Source: Lentisphaerae bacterium GWF2_38_69 (GTDB lineage: Bacteria > Verrucomicrobiota > Lentisphaeria > Victivallales > GWF2-38-69). From it: DNA of 64,000 bases. Within the stretch, counting starts at the first letter, position 1. Each line of letters starts with the position of its first letter. The notes under the pieces were generated by a model. The model made no database searches. It saw only the letters and a program-made list of their open reading frames with translations, and was not told where the DNA came from. The stretch lies in NCBI GenBank assembly GCA_001803205.1, contig MHBE01000032.1, positions 25,441 through 89,440 of the forward strand, written 5' to 3'. Of the stretch, positions 34,597 through 44,117 are shown piece after piece. A program made the position numbers and the translations under genes.

Positions 34597-35598
34597 ATGG
34601 ATCTAAATACATTCTGGTTTGTTCTTATAGCAATACTTTTTGCAGGTTTCTTTTTCCTTGAAGGTTTTGATTATGGAATAGGCATTCTTTTGCCGTTTGT
34701 ATCAGACAGAGACACAGAGAGAAGACTGGTAATTAATTCAATCGGAAATGTCTGGGATGGAAATGAAGTCTGGTTGATAGGAGCAGGAGGAGCTATATTT
34801 GCGGCTTTCCCCTTATGGTATTCAACTCTCTTTAGCTCTTTTTATATGGCTCTGGTCTTTATTTTGTTAGCTCTTGGACTTAGAGGAATTTCGATTGAAT
34901 TAAGAAGCAAGAGTAAATTCAGGAGATGGAGAGCTTTCTATGATATTTGTCTTTTTATTAGCAGTTCCATTCTTGCTATTTTATGGGGAGTATTTGTCGG
35001 AAATATCATAAGGGGATTACCTATAGCAGAAGGTATTTATATGGGCAATTTCTTTTCTCTTTTAAATATCTATTCTCTTATCTCCGGAATACTTTTCCTG
35101 CTGATATTCGCTTATCACGGGGCTGTTTTTTTAAGGATTAAGATAGATCAGACGAGCAGCGTGTGGTATTCAGTTAATAATTTGATTCCGCAATTACACA
35201 GAATAACATCAATCTGGTTTCTGTTTTTTGTTTTAATAACAATTTATGAAGCAAAACTTATCCAGTCTCCAATGGCATTTTCAATGTTTGCAGTTGGGTT
35301 TGCCTTATTTGTACTTTCCGGAATATCACAGAAAAGAAATAAGCTTGCATTTCTTCTTTGTGGTCTTTCAATAATTATAACAACTCTTGCTGTATTTGTT
35401 CACAGCTATCCGCATACGCTTATTTCCAATTTATATGCAGAATGGAGCCTGACGATATATAATTCCTGTTCATCGCAATATTCTCTTAAGATAATGATGA
35501 TAATAGCTGTTATCCTGGTTCCGATTATAATCATTTATCAGGCTGCTTCATATTATTTATTCAGGAAAAGGCTTACTGCAAAGGATTTAAAATATTAA
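34597..35598 (+). CDS. cydB: cytochrome bd quinol oxidase subunit II
   Basis: The N-terminal FLEGFDYGIG motif is typical of CydB. It is a polytopic 333-aa protein directly downstream of cydA. Confidence 0.9.
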   Translation: MDLNTFWFVLIAILFAGFFFLEGFDYGIGILLPFVSDRDTERRLVINSIGNVWDGNEVWLIGAGGAIFAAFPLWYSTLFSSFYMALVFILLALGLRGISIELRSKSKFRRWRAFYDICLFISSSILAILWGVFVGNIIRGLPIAEGIYMGNFFSLLNIYSLISGILFLLIFAYHGAVFLRIKIDQTSSVWYSVNNLIPQLHRITSIWFLFFVLITIYEAKLIQSPMAFSMFAVGFALFVLSGISQKRNKLAFLLCGLSIIITTLAVFVHSYPHTLISNLYAEWSLTIYNSCSSQYSLKIMMIIAVILVPIIIIYQAASYYLFRKRLTAKDLKY

Positions 35599-35627
35599 AA
35601 GCCCATTATTAACAAGTATTATAATTT

Positions 35628-38600
35628 ATGTCTCAATATAATTTTAGGATAAGTGCTCTTTTTCACAAAATTGCGGTTATAACGCTTGGAATAATTACAG
35701 TACTTGTGATTTTGCTGGGCTTATTCATGGTTAGTGAAAGGAATAATATTACTAAAACCATTGAGACAAATTTTAAAGAAAGCATGAATTATGGACATGA
35801 TGTGTCCTACATCATTACCGGGGCTGAAGCAACTTTAAAAGAGATGTCTGCTATTATTGGAGAAAACTATAATACAGACGATGCAAGTAAACCTGAAAAA
35901 CTTCAATTCTTTCTTGATAAGACAGATAGAATAATAAGGGCTTCTATTGACAACAAGTCATATTATCAAGGTGTATGGTTTCAGATAAATCCTTATATTG
36001 CAAAAAATAGCGCTTCTTATTTTTCATGGTACTTCAGAGATAAAGTTCAGAATGTTATTAAGTTTGAAGAAACCTCTTCGCGTCTTATGACTCCTGAATC
36101 TGATCCATATTATTATAACGCTGTTAAAGCAGGTAAAATGGTCATAAGCGGAATTTATAAAGACAGAGATTCACAGGTTGACCTTGTGACATTATCTGAA
36201 CCCATTTATATCCATGAAATGCTTATAGGAGTAGCTGGAATAGATTTTTCAATTGAAGATATAAAAGGGATTTTTACAAAAGCAAAAGAAAAGCATGGAG
36301 ACTTAAATCTGTATCTCTATAATTCTCAGAATGTTTTTATAACCGGAACAAATGAACCTTCTGACATGATCAAAGAAAGTATAGTTAAATATTTATCAGA
36401 TAAAGGCAACCAACAATACATCTGGTGCAATAATTCACTCGTTTTTGAAATCCTTATGCCTCAGAAGAGTTTTTCTTTAGTAGCCGAGCTGCCTTCAGAA
36501 GTTATTTATTCAAATTTAAAACAAGTTTTCAATATAACTTTTGCCTTAATTGGATTCCTCATTCTTATGCTTATAGTTGTTTTGATAGACAGATATAAAT
36601 TGTTTAATTATGCTAAAAAGATAAGCGATAAATGGAATGTTATTTCCGGTTTAATGGATTCTATTCCTGATAAAATTGCGCTCAGGGATAAACAAGGCGT
36701 ATACCTGTCATGCAATGAGTCCTATGCAAAATTCTTCAATAAAACGAAAGTTGATATTTCTGAAACAACTGTCCATCAGATAATTCCTAAACTTTTTGCA
36801 GATGAGATAGCCAAAGAAGACCAAGAAGTTATCTCTTCTAAAAAAACTATTGAAAAGGAACAGGAGTTTTCAGGAGAAAAGCTGACATATCTTGATTCTA
36901 TAAAAGCTCCTTTATACGATTCTGAAAATGAATTAATAGGAATAGTGAATATTTCCCGTGATATTACTGACAGGAAAAAAAAGGAAATGGAACTATTAGA
37001 TGCAAAAAAGAAGGCTGATGCTCTTGCTATGGACAAGACTAATTTTCTGCGAAATATGACTAACGAGATTTTAACTCCATTAAACGGCATTGCAGGATTT
37101 TTAGAACTGCTTAACGATACAAGATTAGATACAGAACAGGCAGATTATGTAAAAGAGGCAAGAGCTTCATCAGATGATCTTTTAAATCTGATAAAGCAAA
37201 TTCTTGAATTTACAAAAATTCAGGATGGGCAGATCATGCTTGATAAGGCCAAAATAAACATAAGAGCTGCAATTGGTGAAATTATAAGCGCCAATGTTCA
37301 AGCAGCAGAAAAAAGGGGCGTAATATTTAATGCTAAAATAACGCATTCTACTCCTGCTTATATTGTTGCTGACAAACTTCGCCTCAGACAAGTTTTAAAT
37401 ATATTAGTTGGAAATGCCATAAAGTTTACCGGAACTGGAGATGAAGTGCTTCTTGAAACATCAGCTGTAAATAAAGGAAATAACAAAGCAAAAATTACTT
37501 TTAAGGTTTCTGATACTGGTTCAGGTATCAGCTCAGAAGATATTGATAAAATAAAAGAGGCTTTTGAAAGATATGATCTTGAAACTACAAAAAAGAATGG
37601 AGGAATAGGATTAGGCCTTACAATAGCCAATAGACTAATTAAAATAATGGATTCTGAAATTAACATTATCAGCGAAAAAGGGAAAGGCACTATTTTCTCA
37701 TTTTCCATAGAAGAAGATATTGGACAGGAAGACCAATATGCGAACCACATTGAAAAAGATGCTCTCAAAGGTATTGCATTGCTAATTATTGAGAGGAATA
37801 AGACCACTTCAGATATCGCCAAATACTACCTGGAAAAATATGGGTGTTCTGTCCAGTCAGCATTTAATGAGATGGAAGGAATTGAGTTTTTTAAATCAGG
37901 TAAAAAGTTTTCTCTTGTTATTATCGGAAGCGATTTAAATTGCTTTGATGCAGCAAAAGAGATAATCAAGATTAGACCTGTTTCAATGATTTTATTATGC
38001 GACAGCTATAAAACGGCTGAAGCTATTCAGGCAAAAGGAAGAGGGTTTGCCTCTATAGTTAGAAAACCTGCATTGCCAGACGAAATCGTAGACGCGGTTA
38101 AAAAAGCGCTTAGAAATGACAAAATTACATCAGACATTACTAACAGGGAAAGAGTAAGTTCAAATAAAACAAATGATTTGAAAATTTTAGTTGTTGAAGA
38201 TAATGAGACTCATGCAAAGATGATTCTGAAAAGTCTTGTTAATCTCGGAATTCCGGCTACAGATTCAGTTGTCAGCGGAAACGATGCAATAAGACTTTGC
38301 AAGGTTAATGCATATGACCTTATAATTATGGATTGCCAGCTTCCCTTAATGGATGGCTATGAGACTACCAGGCGTATCAGGAATAGCGGAATGAATATAC
38401 AAAAAACCGCTATAATAGGGCTGACTTCATACAACCTTGCCGGAGAAAGAGAAAAGTGTATGAATTCAGGGATGGACGAGTTTCTTGCAAAACCAATTGA
38501 TCCTTCTGAGCTTATTGAAAAATTGAATAGCCTGAAAATTTACACTACAGATAGTAGCTATAAACAGGCTGCTCATCTAAAAATAGCCCAGAGCATTGCT

Positions 38601-38882
38601 GATTCTACAGGGCTTAAACTTGAGAATGCAATAATCGCTCTTTCAGAATACAAGTCCGCGCTCCCCAAACTTATAAGTGAAATATCATCAGCTATACAAA
38701 AAAAAGAATTTAAAGCTATCTTTGCTCCCTCAAATTCAATTAAAGAAATAAGCCCTTTCTTTGGTATGGAAAGACTTTCAAAGCTTGCGGAAGATATTAA
38801 TAATGCCGCTGGCACAGGCAATGAAAAAGCCTGCGTTAAATATCTGGAAGAAATCAGGAATTGTGTTAAGCTACTCTTATAA
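35628..38882 (+). CDS. hybrid sensor histidine kinase/response regulator (dCache-like, PAS, HisKA-like, HATPase_c, pseudo-REC, REC, Hpt-like) with non-canonical phospho-acceptor positions
   Basis: A periplasmic Cache-like segment (YYYNAVKAGKMVISGIYKD...IGVAGIDFS) lies between two TM segments, followed by PAS. The H-box reads FLRNMTNEILTPLNGI. N box VGNAIKFT, G1 DTGSGI and G2 GGIGLGL are present. The REC domain has DLIIMDCQLPLMDG and KP. The C-terminal Hpt-like segment reads SNSIKEISPFFG. Confidence 0.85.
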   Translation: MSQYNFRISALFHKIAVITLGIITVLVILLGLFMVSERNNITKTIETNFKESMNYGHDVSYIITGAEATLKEMSAIIGENYNTDDASKPEKLQFFLDKTDRIIRASIDNKSYYQGVWFQINPYIAKNSASYFSWYFRDKVQNVIKFEETSSRLMTPESDPYYYNAVKAGKMVISGIYKDRDSQVDLVTLSEPIYIHEMLIGVAGIDFSIEDIKGIFTKAKEKHGDLNLYLYNSQNVFITGTNEPSDMIKESIVKYLSDKGNQQYIWCNNSLVFEILMPQKSFSLVAELPSEVIYSNLKQVFNITFALIGFLILMLIVVLIDRYKLFNYAKKISDKWNVISGLMDSIPDKIALRDKQGVYLSCNESYAKFFNKTKVDISETTVHQIIPKLFADEIAKEDQEVISSKKTIEKEQEFSGEKLTYLDSIKAPLYDSENELIGIVNISRDITDRKKKEMELLDAKKKADALAMDKTNFLRNMTNEILTPLNGIAGFLELLNDTRLDTEQADYVKEARASSDDLLNLIKQILEFTKIQDGQIMLDKAKINIRAAIGEIISANVQAAEKRGVIFNAKITHSTPAYIVADKLRLRQVLNILVGNAIKFTGTGDEVLLETSAVNKGNNKAKITFKVSDTGSGISSEDIDKIKEAFERYDLETTKKNGGIGLGLTIANRLIKIMDSEINIISEKGKGTIFSFSIEEDIGQEDQYANHIEKDALKGIALLIIERNKTTSDIAKYYLEKYGCSVQSAFNEMEGIEFFKSGKKFSLVIIGSDLNCFDAAKEIIKIRPVSMILLCDSYKTAEAIQAKGRGFASIVRKPALPDEIVDAVKKALRNDKITSDITNRERVSSNKTNDLKILVVEDNETHAKMILKSLVNLGIPATDSVVSGNDAIRLCKVNAYDLIIMDCQLPLMDGYETTRRIRNSGMNIQKTAIIGLTSYNLAGEREKCMNSGMDEFLAKPIDPSELIEKLNSLKIYTTDSSYKQAAHLKIAQSIADSTGLKLENAIIALSEYKSALPKLISEISSAIQKKEFKAIFAPSNSIKEISPFFGMERLSKLAEDINNAAGTGNEKACVKYLEEIRNCVKLLL

Positions 38883-40479
38883 GAATATATCAGTATTATT
38901 AAGCGCAGGTCTATTTGTATGCAGCATGACAATTGTCCAGGCCTGGGCAATTTCTTCAATACTCGACGAAGGATTTAATCCATCAAATGCAAAAGGATTA
39001 TTTATTTGTTTTATTGAGATATTCATAGTGTTTTCAATATTAAAAGGAATAGGCATATTTTTAAGCAATTATTTTGAATCAAATGCTGCTCTTAAATTAA
39101 AAGAAGCTGAAAGAAAGAATATAATCTCAAGATTTTTTAGAATTTTTCCAGGATCAACTGAAACAGAACTGATTTCACTTTTAAATAATCAATTTGAATC
39201 CCTCGAAACTTATTATGGGGAGTATCTTCCATCAGTATATCTTTCAATTTTTTCTCCTCTTATCTTCCTGATTGCAATTTTTATATCCGATATATATTCA
39301 GGTATTATTTTACTAGTTACGGCACCTCTGATTCCTCTTTTTATGTTTTTGATTGGGAACAAGGCAAAAAGCATGACCGACAAGCAATGGCACATTTTAG
39401 GAAGATTGAGTTACTATTTCCTTGATACCCTTCAGGGAATTACAACCTTAAAGGTTTTTGGTCGATCAAAAGACAGGATAAAAAAAATATCAGAAATTAC
39501 TGAAGAGTTTAGGATTTCTACAATAAAAATTCTTAGAATTGCTTTCGTTTCTTCGCTTACCATTGAATTAGTTTCGACTTTAAGCATAGCTATTGCGGCT
39601 GTCAGCATCGGAATAAGGCTGCTAAATGGTAAAATTGAGTATTTTAACGCAATATTTATTCTTATTTTAGCTCCTGAATTCTATTATCCTTTAAGAAAAT
39701 TAGCTGCTAAGTTTCATGCCGGCCTTGAAGGCAAAATTATAAAAGAGAAGATTCATATCTTACTTAAAAATGACATGTCGGACGATGAACGGTCTAACTA
39801 TGAATCTTTTCCAGGGCTAATTAACAGAGTAGAACAAATTTTCCCTCTTAAACTTGAGAACTTGGATTTTTCATATGAAAAGAATAAGAAAATAATTAAA
39901 AACTTTTCATTGGAAGTTACAGAACGCCAGACTATTGGAATAAAAGGTAAGAGCGGTTCTGGGAAAAGCACTTTAATAAACCTCATTACAGGTCTTTTAG
40001 AGCCAGAATCAGGCAATATTCTATTCAATGCCAGGAAATTATGTAAAAAAGAGCTGGCATCGATTTTTGGATGGGTTCCGCAGAATCCTTATATTTTCAA
40101 TAAAAGCATTAAAAAAAATATTCTTATTGGAAGGGAAATAGCAACAGAATCTCAAATTGAAATGGCTTTGAGAATAAGCTGCCTTGAAGAATTTGTTTCA
40201 AGTTTACATAATGGAATAGAAACAGTTGTGGGCGAAAGAGGAATGAATCTGAGTGCCGGACAAATCCAGAAAATCGCAATTGCCAGAGCAGTTATAAAAG
40301 ATGCTCCAATTCTAATACTTGATGAGGCTACTTCTTCAATAGATATTTTATGCGAAGAGGAACTCGTTTTTAGACTAAGGGAATATTCAAAATTAAAAAC
40401 AGTTATTTTTGCGGCACACAGAGGCGGTGTTTTTAAGAATGCTGACAAAATAGTTGATTTGGACAACTTAATAAGATGA
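38821..40479 (+). CDS. cydD: ABC transporter CydD (cysteine/glutathione exporter required for cytochrome bd assembly)
   Basis: Shows collinear similarity to E. coli CydD as I recall it (TAPLIPLFMFLIG, LRIAFVSS, LILAPEFYYPLRKL). Has Walker A GKSGSGKST and the signature LSAGQ. The ATG at 38821 gives an N-terminus, MKKPALNIWKK...NISVLL, comparable to E. coli MNKSRQKELTRWLK...NISRLL. The track start is TTG at 38761. Any start that preserves TM1 overlaps the kinase 3-prime end. Confidence 0.8.
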   Translation: MKKPALNIWKKSGIVLSYSYKNISVLLSAGLFVCSMTIVQAWAISSILDEGFNPSNAKGLFICFIEIFIVFSILKGIGIFLSNYFESNAALKLKEAERKNIISRFFRIFPGSTETELISLLNNQFESLETYYGEYLPSVYLSIFSPLIFLIAIFISDIYSGIILLVTAPLIPLFMFLIGNKAKSMTDKQWHILGRLSYYFLDTLQGITTLKVFGRSKDRIKKISEITEEFRISTIKILRIAFVSSLTIELVSTLSIAIAAVSIGIRLLNGKIEYFNAIFILILAPEFYYPLRKLAAKFHAGLEGKIIKEKIHILLKNDMSDDERSNYESFPGLINRVEQIFPLKLENLDFSYEKNKKIIKNFSLEVTERQTIGIKGKSGSGKSTLINLITGLLEPESGNILFNARKLCKKELASIFGWVPQNPYIFNKSIKKNILIGREIATESQIEMALRISCLEEFVSSLHNGIETVVGERGMNLSAGQIQKIAIARAVIKDAPILILDEATSSIDILCEEELVFRLREYSKLKTVIFAAHRGGVFKNADKIVDLDNLIR

Positions 40480-42173
40480 TTATAAAGATAATTAAAATTA
40501 TCCTTCCTTACTGGAAGTGGATGCTTCTCGGGCTTTTTTTAATGCTGCTGACAATAGGTAGTTCAGTAGGCCTTATGACTGTTGGAGCAATTCTGATTAC
40601 GATTGCGGCAAGCCAGCCTTTTATAGCAACTCTGCAGCTGCCAATTGTAGGAGTTCGTTTTTTTGGTACATCAAGGGGATTTTTCAGGTATTTTGAAAAG
40701 CTCGTAACCCATAATGCTGTTTTCAAACTATTAAAAGAGTTCAGGTGTTATTTTTATAGAACCACTGAGCCTTTTGCCCCATCAATTCTATATAAATACA
40801 GCAGCGCTGATTTGCTTAGACGACTTGTTGTTGATATAGAAAGTCTTGATAATATTTATTCTAGATTTATTCTTCCCGTTACGGCACTTTTAGCAACAGT
40901 TATAATCCTTTGTTTTTTTCTTTTCTTCAATTTTAAATTAGTGCTCACCCTGATATTAGCTTTAGCTTTGACTGGTCTGATAGTGCCGTATATTGCTTAT
41001 TTAATTTCAAGGAAATATGCGTATAAACTTTCCGTAATACAAAAAATAATGGCAATTGAAAATTTGGATTTGATCAGGGGTTTTAATGATATAGAAATGT
41101 TTTCTCAGGAAAAACAATATACTGATAAGCTTTTTGGCTTAAGCAGAGAACTTATAAAATTCAAAAGCTTAATAATCACTATAAATTCATCTGCTGAAGC
41201 TTTGATGAATTTGATGTTTTCATTGGAATTGGCGATGGTTATTTATTTTATGATTACAGATTCATACAGCATTATTACAGTAGCATCTGCAGTTGTTGGA
41301 ACTATGGCTCTTTATGAAGTTATACAAGCATCAGGTTTAGCTTTTCAAAAATTATCTTCGACTATTGAATCAGCTTCCAGAGTTTTTGAAGTTACTGAAG
41401 GCAAAAGCCATTTTCCGGATCTTCAAATTCATAATTCCCCTTATCCTAATAGTTCTGAAATTATATTCGATAATGTTACATTCAGATATTCTGGTACAGA
41501 AAGTTTTCAATTACTGAATATAAATTTAAAAATTGCTGAGAATGAATGTGTTTTAATCATTGGTCCAAGCGGCTCTGGTAAGTCAACAATTGGATCGCTT
41601 TTGATGGATTTCTATCAGCCTAGTTCGGGAAAAATTACTTTAGGAGAAGTTAACACTAGTGATATCGGACAGTATAAATTGACAGAATATATTTCACTTT
41701 GTGAACAGAGAAGCCATATATTTAACGATACAGTTTATGAAAATCTCAAAATTTCTGCAGATGATATTTCTGAAGATCAACTGCAAAAAGCTCTTACCCT
41801 TTCAATGTGCGATAATTTTTTATCAGTTCAGAATTTAAAGAAAATTAATTGTGCTAATTTGAGCGAAGGACAAAAGAAAAGGATTGCCATTGCACGGACA
41901 ATTCTTGCTGACAAAGAAATAATGATTTTTGATGAACCCTTTGCAAATCTCGATGAAAAAACAGCTTTTAGTTTATCTCAGAATTTGCTTAATATGAAAA
42001 AAAATAAAAGTATTGTGATAATAACTCATGTTTTCCCGAAATCCTATGAAAATGCAGATAGAATATTTCTTATTAATCAAGGAAAAATTGAAGCTGAAGG
42101 AACTCCTGCCGACCTTGAAGCAAATAAGAATGGTTTTTATTTAAAGTTACGAAATTATTTCAGGGATTATTGA
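40476..42173 (+). CDS. cydC: ABC transporter CydC
   Basis: Has six TM segments plus an NBD with Walker A GPSGSGKST, the signature LSEGQKKR and Walker B IMIFDEP. Its start overlaps the cydD stop by 4 nt. Confidence 0.8.
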   Translation: MIIKIIKIILPYWKWMLLGLFLMLLTIGSSVGLMTVGAILITIAASQPFIATLQLPIVGVRFFGTSRGFFRYFEKLVTHNAVFKLLKEFRCYFYRTTEPFAPSILYKYSSADLLRRLVVDIESLDNIYSRFILPVTALLATVIILCFFLFFNFKLVLTLILALALTGLIVPYIAYLISRKYAYKLSVIQKIMAIENLDLIRGFNDIEMFSQEKQYTDKLFGLSRELIKFKSLIITINSSAEALMNLMFSLELAMVIYFMITDSYSIITVASAVVGTMALYEVIQASGLAFQKLSSTIESASRVFEVTEGKSHFPDLQIHNSPYPNSSEIIFDNVTFRYSGTESFQLLNINLKIAENECVLIIGPSGSGKSTIGSLLMDFYQPSSGKITLGEVNTSDIGQYKLTEYISLCEQRSHIFNDTVYENLKISADDISEDQLQKALTLSMCDNFLSVQNLKKINCANLSEGQKKRIAIARTILADKEIMIFDEPFANLDEKTAFSLSQNLLNMKKNKSIVIITHVFPKSYENADRIFLINQGKIEAEGTPADLEANKNGFYLKLRNYFRDY

Positions 42174-42862
42174 GAAAATTGAGAAAAAAACCATTTCCCC
42201 AGTTCTTGTTTTTCTTCCCTTGTAGGTGGAATTTTAAGAGCTCCTTCTACTCGTTCTACAGTCATTGTTTTATTTTTATTATCACATCCTATGATGATTA
42301 TAGATTCGTAATCTCCACCTTCCCATACAGCTTCTTCGGGCCAGTTTGATTTAGCAGAGTAACCGGAGGTAATTCTAAGGTTTTTTATCAAATCATTTAT
42401 TACTTCATGACTCCAACAGACAAGTATTGTTTTACCATTAAGATATTCCTGTTCAGTAATAAGTTGTGCCATTTCCTTATACTCATCTTTTCTGTAAGGG
42501 ATCTGAAGCAAGTCATCCGGAGTATCTGCTTTATGTTCATAAATCCATGTCACCAGTGGTGATACTGTTTGAATATGCCTTACGCTTTGAGCCATTTTAT
42601 GCTCTGCTTTTGCGTAATAAGGGTCACATGCAAAAATATAGTTTGGATATGGTATTTTCTTTGCTCCCTGGAGTGTCTCTATATAATATTTTAAAAATAC
42701 AGAACTTCTAATCATTCCTTCTTTTGAAAGAGAAGGCCCCAGTTCCTCTTTTCTGGCAGGGACATAATAACCGTCTCCATGCCTGATTATGATAATGTGT
42801 TCCGGCATGGCAAGAGAAGAGATGGACAAAAGAAAAAGAGAGATGAAAATCAAATTTTTCAT
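42167..42862 (-). CDS. secreted histidine phosphatase superfamily protein
   Basis: Has a signal-like N-terminus MKNLIFISLFLLSISSLA, the RHG motif IIIIRHGDG and a downstream catalytic His context VCWSHEVI. Its stop overlaps the cydC stop region by 7 nt (convergent). Confidence 0.6.
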   Translation of the reverse strand: MKNLIFISLFLLSISSLAMPEHIIIIRHGDGYYVPARKEELGPSLSKEGMIRSSVFLKYYIETLQGAKKIPYPNYIFACDPYYAKAEHKMAQSVRHIQTVSPLVTWIYEHKADTPDDLLQIPYRKDEYKEMAQLITEQEYLNGKTILVCWSHEVINDLIKNLRITSGYSAKSNWPEEAVWEGGDYESIIIIGCDNKNKTMTVERVEGALKIPPTREEKQELGKWFFSQFSQ

Positions 42863-43013
42863 AAGTTATTTAAATAAATTTAATGGTTTGTCTCTATGAT
42901 ATAAAATTTTATAGAAATGGCAATCATCCAGATTCTTATTATCTGAAAATTGTCTTTTCTTTTATGTAAAGATAAAGTAGATGCGATTTATATTACTTAT
43001 GAGAATTATAGAA

Positions 43014-44108
43014 ATGGATAATAACAAATTTTATATGCAAATGGCAATAGATCTTGCCAAAGAAGGCTGGGGTAGAACTAATCCCAATCCTCTTGTAGGA
43101 GCTGTGATTGTTAAAAATGACAGAATTATAGGCAAAGGATATCACAAAGCATTTGGAAGTTCGCATGCGGAAATAGAAGCCATAAAGAGCATTTCAGAAG
43201 ATCCTTCAGGAAGCACTATGTATGTTAATTTAGAGCCATGCTCTCATTACGGCAGGACGCCTCCTTGCGCTGATGCTTTGGTAAAAGCCAGATTCAAAAA
43301 AATTGTTATCGGGATGGTTGATCCAAATCCTCTGGTTTCCGGCAAAGGTATTGCAATTCTGGAAAAAAACGGAATTGAAGTTATTTCAGGAGTGATGGAA
43401 AAAGAAGCAAAGAAACTAAATGAAATATTTAGTAAGTACATAACAAGGAAAAAACCTTTTGTAATCATAAAGAGCGCCATGACCCTTGACGGTAAAATTG
43501 CTTCAAAAACCGGCGATTCAAAATGGATTTCCAATGAAGCTTCAAGGCAATATGTTCATTCTATTCGTGACAGAGTTTCCTCAATAATGATTGGAATAAA
43601 TACAATCATACATGATGACCCATTACTTACTACAAGATTAAAAAACAAAGAAGGGAAAGACTCGATAAGAATTGTTATCGATAGCAAAGGCAGGCTGCCT
43701 TGTGACGCAAAAATTATCAGAAGTTCAAAAACCGCACCATTAATACTTGTTCTGGCAGAGACTCCATCAGAGGAAAAAGCTTTAATGTTTCAAGCAAACA
43801 ATATTAAAGTTATTGTTTGCCCTGGAAGGAATGGAAGAGTTGATTTGTCCATGCTTATGGATGAACTCTATAAACTTCAGATTGACAGCATCCTAATTGA
43901 AGGTGGAGGAACTTTGAACTATTCATCTCTTGAATCGGGAATAGTCGATAAAATTATGTTGTTTATTTCTCCAAAGATAATAGGAGGCACAGAAGCTATT
44001 ACAGTATTTGAAGGAAAGGGAAAAGAGAGGATAAATGAGGCTTTTTCACTTAAAAACATTGAGTTTAAGACTTTTGAGGATGATATTCTAATCGAAGGTT
44101 ATCTTTAG
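43014..44108 (+). CDS. ribD: bifunctional riboflavin biosynthesis protein RibD (deaminase/reductase)
   Basis: Has the CMP/dCMP-type deaminase zinc motifs HAEIEAI and PCSHYGRTPPC, and a C-terminal reductase domain (KSAMTLDGKIA). I prefer the ATG at 43014; the track ORF begins at 42981. Confidence 0.9.
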   Translation: MDNNKFYMQMAIDLAKEGWGRTNPNPLVGAVIVKNDRIIGKGYHKAFGSSHAEIEAIKSISEDPSGSTMYVNLEPCSHYGRTPPCADALVKARFKKIVIGMVDPNPLVSGKGIAILEKNGIEVISGVMEKEAKKLNEIFSKYITRKKPFVIIKSAMTLDGKIASKTGDSKWISNEASRQYVHSIRDRVSSIMIGINTIIHDDPLLTTRLKNKEGKDSIRIVIDSKGRLPCDAKIIRSSKTAPLILVLAETPSEEKALMFQANNIKVIVCPGRNGRVDLSMLMDELYKLQIDSILIEGGGTLNYSSLESGIVDKIMLFISPKIIGGTEAITVFEGKGKERINEAFSLKNIEFKTFEDDILIEGYL

Positions 44109-44117
44109 GAGAATGAA

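Noticed and set aside
37358-37822. A 154-aa antisense ORF inside the sensor kinase, with similar ones at 36776-37090 and 38573-38959.
   Set aside because: They lie opposite well-supported HisKA/HATPase/Hpt coding sequence. They are serine/leucine/phenylalanine-rich, as expected from reading AT-rich coding DNA backwards, and have no start context.
38761-38820. The ORF-track start (TTG at 38761) for cydD.
   Set aside because: The N-terminus from the ATG at 38821 matches the length and charge pattern of E. coli CydD better. The TTG start would add 20 residues with no counterpart. I keep it as an alternative and cannot exclude it.
42167-42173. A 7-nt convergent overlap of the cydC and histidine-phosphatase stop regions.
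   Set aside because: It is real in the sequence but is a trivial consequence of tail-to-tail packing. I infer no regulatory meaning from it.
42863-43013. Expected FMN (RFN) riboswitch upstream of the ribD-ribE-ribBA-ribH operon.
   Set aside because: I read the 150-nt leader on the sense strand. I could not find the conserved GC-rich core segments of the RFN element (for example the GGGCAGGGTGAAATTCCC-like and CCGACAGT...AGTCTGGATG-like blocks). The leader is almost pure AT. Absence should be confirmed with a covariance model (Rfam RF00050).
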